Shown piece after piece: positions 57,706-64,000 of a stretch of 64,000 nucleotides of DNA. The stretch comes from Fistulifera solaris. Lineage: Eukaryota. Numbering within the stretch: the first letter of the stretch is position 1; each line of letters begins with the position of its first letter. The stretch lies in assembly GCA_030295235.1 (NCBI GenBank), contig AP026169.1, positions 806,001-870,000 of the forward strand, given 5' to 3'. The notes below the pieces were generated by a model, which was given only the letters and a program-made list of their open reading frames with translations, had not been told where the DNA came from and ran no database searches. The translations under genes and the position numbers were made by a program.

Positions 57706-59079
57706 TCAACCGTTGTAACCGAGCCTCTTTCGCCAAAAGAGCCAGCCTATTCTGTTCTCTGCGATCCATTTCAGTAGACACCATCTCGATCCACTGATCG
57801 GAAGCTGGCGTTTTTGCCAAGCAATTTGTAAGACGGCTGTTGCATTCATATCCTCTTCAATCGAGTTATACCATTCGCGACCATCGGGAAAGTACTCCCA
57901 GATCCACGAAGACTGCGAAGGATACTCCTGGTACAGAGTATACCATTTGTACAAAAAACCAGGTAAAAGGAACCACTCACGTTTCCGGGAAGACTCGTCC
58001 TCTAAGATTTTCTTCATGCGTGTTACTTTCGCTTGAAACCACCTGGAATCGAGCGGTAATTGTGATGATGTAGCAAACGAAAATGGTAAACCTTCGTCCA
58101 ATGTCCAAACGCGAATGCTAGGTTCTGTGGAAAGATGACATGGGACGAAAGAGGGATGCGTTCCAATCCAGTGTTCCATGGAGTAGCGCCGACGGCCCAA
58201 TGTTGATTCCCATTCATCGAAAATGAGACCCAAAAATTCCTTGGGCCGCTGTTCTAGCATTTCGTTGATTCTCACTTCAAAATCTTTCGGAGGGATTAGT
58301 CGATTGATATAGTCACATCGCGAGACGAAGAAATTTCCAGGAAAGAAGAGGGTCCATGTCGGCTGGAACAATAAACCACACGTCGTACACTGATCCATGT
58401 TTTTCAGACACTCACTGGAAGTGATAGCACGCATCATATGACGACGCCAGGGGATGTTCCATCTTCCTGACGAGTAAGATCCTTTGTTGTGCATATAGAT
58501 GACATTTCGATCGGGAAAAGCATTGCAGAACTCGTAAGCTTTTTGCAAGGTTATTTCTTCATAGCCAGCTTTGTGATGCTCCATGTGAACACACTTTAGT
58601 CCGTTTGCTCTACACTGTTTCTGAACGTTGGCTGCAAAAGTTTCACCGAATAAAAGTTCATGACCCACGGTGTTGTAGTAAATAGTAAGATCATTGCTCG
58701 TTGCGGCGTACGACTCTCCAATTTGTTGCAGCTGCTCGAAAACTGTAGCTTCTGCTTCTACAATATCGGGAAGTGTCGCATTCACAAAGATGTTGTAAAA
58801 TACGGCAACAGCAGAGGGGTTGTTGGAGTTTTGATCCAGGAAAGGATTTTCTGTGATGATCATTCTATCTCCGAGAGGAGGCAAGTTGTTGCCTTGTGGT
58901 ACAACAAACTCGGGAAGCACAGCTAAGTCAATGTGCGACACTCTTTCGTAGAAGAGCTTCAATGAAGATTCGCCTAAATACATCTGCACAAATAGTACTT
59001 GCGCTGTAAGAATAAAGATAAAACAACAGCAAAGACTCAGTCGAGTCGATGTCGGCTTATTTCTTCTTTTCCACATCAT
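57706..59079 (-). CDS. Type II membrane protein, putative glycosyltransferase-like (diatom-type)
   Basis: Signal-anchor after a basic N-terminus. YEEITLQ, VIYMHNKGS, WRRHM, FPGNFF..RCDYI and RYSMEHWIG. Confidence 0.65.
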   Translation of the reverse strand: MMWKRRNKPTSTRLSLCCCFIFILTAQVLFVQMYLGESSLKLFYERVSHIDLAVLPEFVVPQGNNLPPLGDRMIITENPFLDQNSNNPSAVAVFYNIFVNATLPDIVEAEATVFEQLQQIGESYAATSNDLTIYYNTVGHELLFGETFAANVQKQCRANGLKCVHMEHHKAGYEEITLQKAYEFCNAFPDRNVIYMHNKGSYSSGRWNIPWRRHMMRAITSSECLKNMDQCTTCGLLFQPTWTLFFPGNFFVSRCDYINRLIPPKDFEVRINEMLEQRPKEFLGLIFDEWESTLGRRRYSMEHWIGTHPSFVPCHLSTEPSIRVWTLDEGLPFSFATSSQLPLDSRWFQAKVTRMKKILEDESSRKREWFLLPGFLYKWYTLYQEYPSQSSWIWEYFPDGREWYNSIEEDMNATAVLQIAWQKRQLPISGSRWCLLKWIAENRIGWLFWRKRLGYNG

Positions 59080-59599
59080 CTGTTGTGCGCGTCTTGATCG
59101 CCTTGTTTGAAGAAGAAACAATTTGCTGCAGGAATACTGGCTATGAAAAAAATTGCATGAAGAATAGAAATAGAAATAGAACGCAATGCAACGCAACGCA
59201 TCGTCGATGCGCAGAAACGCTTTTGCAATGCGAATTTTTGGATGATTGCGTCAAATTCCGGACTGAAAATCAGTTGCGTCCCGAACCTTAGCAAACATCG
59301 AAGAAATAATAAGAGCAATCCGCCAGACTGAAATAAATAGGGTGAACTTAGTAATTTAGATGATGCAGGCTTACTTTAGTGCTTTTATCGGGATTTATGA
59401 TCAGTAGGTCGTTTCCGGTGGATTCAAACGAGGGAACCAGCCGTAAAGGAGAGAATCATGATCTAGCAAAGCCTTTGTAGAGTATTTACTACATGTTTAA
59501 TTATGTCGACGAAAGAAACTAGCTTCCTCCCGTACCTTTGCACCTCGATGTGACTCAGTTTGATGTTAAACGTTCCATTAGTGAAGTGCATTGGAGTTC

Positions 59600-60829
59600 T
59601 TAGAATGGCAAAAGGTCCGAGAAAGCATCTTTCTGCTTTTGCTGCTTCTGTTGCACATTGTCGCTCATATTCGAAATAGCAGATGATCCACCGTGATAGC
59701 TCATCACTGGAGCGTTCGTGGCATGAAACGGCACGCCCATCATAAAAGCGTTTTGATTGTACATCCCGCCCATGGCACTCATATTTTGACTCGCCATACC
59801 ATTCATGTGTTGCATTCCGTTAAATTGATTCATTTGTGTCATGCCGTTGCTCGCAAATGACATTTGCTGCTGTTGTGCCATCATTCCGTTTGTCATATTG
59901 TTTCCTGGCACTGCCATCGTCCCTGCCATGGGGTACATTCCCGTCGAATGGTTTTGATTGAAAGTGGATAAATTTTTCGGATTCATGTTGCCGGCATTCA
60001 TCATCAAAGGCATGTTGCTAATACCGTTAGCCGATGCAGTATTCATCACTGGCTTTTTGTTGACTGGCTCGGGTGCCTGTGCATTTGTATCATTGCTATT
60101 CATAAAAGCAAATGACGAAGCATTGTTTCCTGTAGCTAATATAGACGCGACGTCGCCAAACATATCAGACGAACTTGGGGCTGGATTTTTGACTGTTACA
60201 CTTGGCACAACGGGAGCGAAAGGGTCGGTTGGAGTCTGAGCAGGCAACGGAGCAGCTACAACATTGGACACTACAGGGATCGTATCGAAGGAAGCAAAGT
60301 CTAGAAAATCCGCCGCGGGTTGTGGTGTTGCGAGAGTAGGTGCCGTAAATGACGTGAAAGTCGGCTGAGAGGTAGCGGGCGTGTTCTGATACGTAGGAGC
60401 CGGTTGTCGCTGTTGAGGAGTGTAGCTACTTGCACTTCCCGACGCTGTACTTGCGACTGGCTGCTCTGAAAAATACCTTTTATCTTCATACGCATCCATA
60501 ACAAAGCGTTTGAAGACTTCGATGGAGCTCCCTGTTGTAGGTCTTCCTCCTTGCCCGACAGGCGGTGCTTTTGCTAACCACGTTGCTTCGCAGTATGCAT
60601 TACCCTTACGCTCCAATTCATCGACTTCTTCATGCGTCCAGCTACTCATCGTAATCGACTTGCAGCGGTGACTGACGGCTTGATGAGAAGTCTTACATTC
60701 ATTGCAAACAAAAGTGTGAAATTTGATGCAAATCGTCCCAAAGCCAAACTTTTTCGTCTGATGACAATTCGGGCATGTCGTATTCTGCTTTGCCAATTGG
60801 CGTACTCGGTCCTCAGGAGACAAAGGCAT
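59600..60829 (-). CDS. ArfGAP-domain protein (AGFG/AGD14-like) with low-complexity M/Q/N tail
   Basis: CPNC-x16-CNEC, HRCKSITMSSWT, GNAYC...WL and FV..AYEDKRY. DPF, DFLDF and DAF.DLL adaptor-like motifs. Confidence 0.85.
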   Translation of the reverse strand: MPLSPEDRVRQLAKQNTTCPNCHQTKKFGFGTICIKFHTFVCNECKTSHQAVSHRCKSITMSSWTHEEVDELERKGNAYCEATWLAKAPPVGQGGRPTTGSSIEVFKRFVMDAYEDKRYFSEQPVASTASGSASSYTPQQRQPAPTYQNTPATSQPTFTSFTAPTLATPQPAADFLDFASFDTIPVVSNVVAAPLPAQTPTDPFAPVVPSVTVKNPAPSSSDMFGDVASILATGNNASSFAFMNSNDTNAQAPEPVNKKPVMNTASANGISNMPLMMNAGNMNPKNLSTFNQNHSTGMYPMAGTMAVPGNNMTNGMMAQQQQMSFASNGMTQMNQFNGMQHMNGMASQNMSAMGGMYNQNAFMMGVPFHATNAPVMSYHGGSSAISNMSDNVQQKQQKQKDAFSDLLPF

Positions 60830-61538
60830 GTTCTTTTGCAAATGTTAGAGGAGTTGAGTTGATTTCAGAAGAATGCCGACAGATGTGAGGCACTTCAAAG
60901 ACGTAATGTGCTGCTTCCGCAAAGCGAAAAAAAGTCGGTCATCATCGCGAATGTGTGTGTGTTTTTTTTTCTACGGAGTATTCGATGGCCGCTTACGGGA
61001 CTGAAGGTCATTGAGTCGTAGAGAATAAAACGTGCGCCCCTAGTTCCGTTCGAAAAATAAATAAGGCCAAAAAGATGAAAAAAGTTTTGACTTACTCTGA
61101 ATTGTTGCCGGATTTCACTTGATCTAGTGCTTAAGAATGGGGATGCTTTAGTTCTAGGATGGCATATTCAATTCTCCAGGACCGGAAGAAAATTGACTGT
61201 CAATTCTACGCGAGACACCATACGACACACTCCGTAACCTTACTGTACGTTACAACTCAGGGAATGATGTTGTAATGAGCATAATATCAAATAACGCTGC
61301 ATCATTGTGAAATTCCTTATGTTAGGTTCGCTCTAAGGAGAAACTCTATTGCCGAGTAAGTTGTCATATGGATCCACAAAGCCGATTCTACATTAATCAT
61401 GTTGTCGCTGATGCAAGCGTGACGGTAGTTGAATGAAAAGGATCAAGATCGACTTAATTCGACAAGCACTAACATTCCATTAAAATACTATTATGTAGCT
61501 GTAGGTAATCCAAATGTAGTTATAGCAAAAATTGCGCC

Positions 61539-62571
61539 TCAAGATGACGATGCGGGCTTGCGAGACTTGTACCCTTTCGAGGACGAAGATGACGCTTTGG
61601 GCAGTTGTGAACTCGACATAGAATGACCAGATTCCTTGCTTACACTTGCCGACTCTCTTGGAGAAGGTGATTCGTTTGTAGACTTTCGATCGCTGCTACT
61701 CGGTTGCGATGAAGTCTTCGTAGCCGGCTCTCTGGACGAAGACTTGCGATCATTTCGAGGTGATTTCCGCGCGTTGGTTGGTGTTCGTGGTGACTTTGCA
61801 GACGGCGGCGGCTTTGGAATCGACACGTGTCCGTTCTCTGACTTTTGCGTATTCGAGTTCGTGCTCCCTGTCGAGTGTTGAGATTCTTTATGATTCTGTT
61901 CTCTTGAAGGCCGTACTTTCTTTCGTCCGCTTTTACTTCCTCGTTTCTTGTGCTCTCTATTTTCTTTATGAATTTTCATTGCAAGCATAAAATCACCAAG
62001 TGCTTTTTTTATGAGCAAACATCCGTAGTTCATGACTCCATTTCTTGGAGACTTTCGCTAGCTTTCGTTCGCGCGCTTTTCGTTCGGACGAAGATTGGGC
62101 ATAACTCATCAGCCGTTGCGCTTCTAGCACTTCATCGACACAGGCTTTTTGTAATTTTAAAATGATAGGCGAGAAATATGATTCAAAGCCTCGTGTCGGA
62201 CTCCTCGTGACGATTTTACTCATGTGCAGGTTTTCGGGGTCTTCTAATTCGCTGACAATCAAGCCTTCTAGTGCCTCTGTATATTCTGTCTCGCCACGAT
62301 TGCGAATCTCCTCTATAAAAACAGCCGTCTCTTCTTGCATATTTTCCATTTCCTCGTCACCCCAAAAGAGATCATCGTATTTTGCATTATTAAGCGCCCC
62401 AGGGTAGCTGTATTCCGTGCACAAGGGAGTATCATTATTATCCATGTCAAAGCGAACGACCCGCCGTCTGTGTCTCCGTTTTCGTTTTGTTGTTTTTGCC
62501 GTTCGATCCTTTTCTTTTGCTGTGACGACTTCTTCGGGTGGTATTGTTTCATCCGGCATGCTGGAAACCAT
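61539..62571 (-). CDS. Diatom-type unknown protein (VRF...LFW...RGFE motif family) with S/K-rich tail
   Basis: ORFs 61993-62571 and 61539-62033 join across an A7 run near 62005 (one extra base). Confidence 0.6.
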
Positions 62572-63190
62572 GGTATGTTGTTGAATGTCAACTGTGCTGT
62601 CGATGAGCTTTGCGCTGTCAACTTCCTTCCCATCGCGGTGGCGCGAGGTGCGAGCTTCCTTTAATTGCTACACGGCAGGCACCGTGAATGGATTTTTAGT
62701 TCGTTATAAACTCGGTGACCGGAAACCGGAGACGCCATAATAATGAAAATGAAATCGCTCCCTTGAACCAAATGTCTATTCTCTACTTACTGACTCTGTG
62801 CAACCAGATTACTTAGAATTACAATGCTTGAATGAAATTACATAAGCCCAACAAAAGGCTGTATTCAACAGTGACCGCCGTATTCGTAAAACGTGAAACC
62901 TGCAAGTCGTAAACCGGGTCCTTTATGGATTGTTGGCTCTCATGACGGCTCATGACTCATGACCTCATGACTGGCTACCCAGTCATGGGAATGTTGAAGC
63001 GACACTCGACGCGACATTACACGTTAACCTACTATGTACGTCCATCGTCCGCCAGCGCAAAAACAAACACCAATCAAGTCCTGCGCGTTGCAATCTGTTG
63101 CAAAGAACAACCCTACGAACGGACGAAGATAGCATTGAGATAATGCAAAACGTTGTTACTGAATATCTTTGTTGAAAGTCCAGAAGAAAT

Positions 63191-64000
63191 ATGTCTACTA
63201 CATCGGAAGACGCGTCGACTTCCTCGATGTACTTCTCTTCGGGCGATGACAGCAGCACAGAGAACCGCAACAACAATTACGACGACGATGATGATAATGA
63301 CGCTAAAAAAGCAGAAAGACACAAGGAATCGAAAGCTAAGCAACAGCGATGAGAGTGATGATTCGACAAGCGAGAGTGAGAGTGATGAGGATGAAGAAGG
63401 AAAGCGCGAGTCAATGTCGCATCTTCCGTTAGGGCAGCGCATCAAGCTCGAAGAGAGCTTTGGTGTTCGAAAGATGAGAAAGAAAGATGCAAAGGACACC
63501 CTTACTAGCTCTGCAAAAGTAGAAAAGAAGAGCTCGAGTAAAGAGAGCAGTGCGGTTACAACCAAAACAAAGAAGTCGAAACACGCGCCTACCGAAGCGT
63601 CATCGAAACGCTCGGATTTCTTTGCTACGCTTCGACAAACACAAATTGGAGGAGTTGGTACCGGTATTGATTTAGGAGCACATCGGTATCAGTCAAAAGA
63701 TCCTCGCATTAGCAATTTGCATGGTCACTTACAAGAAGATCATTTTCAACAAAACTTTGCATTCGTGCAGGACTTGAGTAAGAATGAAATCAAAACGCTA
63801 CAACGGAGCATTCATGCTTGGAAAACACCGGGGAAGAAAGGTCAGCAGCTGCGGCGGAAACTTGGTTTGACTGGGGGCACCACCAGCTTACAACAGGATC
63901 AAGAGCGGTTGAAGCAACTGCGGCATGAAATTGCGGAATGGGAGCGACAAGAGATTGAACGTGTCGCTCATCGCTCGGTGAAACAAAAACTGCAAGATCA
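63191..64000 (+). CDS. RRP36: rRNA-processing protein RRP36 (partial, runs off window)
   Basis: ATG at 63191 and an indel in A6 near 63308, then an open frame to the window end with KKSKHAPTEASSKR and SKDPRISNLHG...FQQNFAFV. Confidence 0.85.

Noticed and set aside
35284..64000. Apparent clustering of RNA-processing genes (S1 protein, YJU2B, TCD, eIF4E, TFIP11, RRP36)
   Set aside because: They are interspersed with unrelated genes and belong to a large functional class, so there is no evidence of a co-regulated cluster.

Overview
Gene-dense eukaryotic nuclear DNA from a diatom, probably a pennate. Evidence: ASAFAP-type bipartite plastid presequences, chromalveolate GapC1, an FCP/LHC protein, diatom-type HSF and NRT2 genes, and short GT-AG introns. 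I can support about 34 protein-coding genes. They include GapC1, cpFtsY, tandem CsgA-like SDRs, ADAL, tandem NRT2, RRP45, RAD18, a cyclophilin, Mpv17/PMP22, CCDC130/YJU2B, a divergent LHC, TcdA, a calmodulin-like protein, a BET-like bromodomain protein, eIF4E, a CLD1-like hydrolase, TFIP11, HSF, an ArfGAP-fold protein and RRP36. About 15 genes carry single-base indels, mostly in homopolymers, which most likely reflects an unpolished long-read assembly rather than pseudogenisation. The best candidate for a new system is a secretory-pathway protein fusing two SET-like domains to a 2OG-Fe(II) dioxygenase-like domain (11324-13941); it could be a one-polypeptide lysine methylase/hydroxylase for silica-wall proteins. 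Nearby is an RXL/Asn-Gly-repeat single-pass membrane protein (4769-6737). Other points: a 269-bp hAT-like MITE with TSD, a strongly over-represented intergenic TACTCCGTA motif, a palindromic motif shared by both NRT2 promoters, and several proteins lacking canonical catalytic or ligand residues. I saw no tRNA, rRNA or CRISPR. All family assignments come from motif recognition by eye; no database searches were run.
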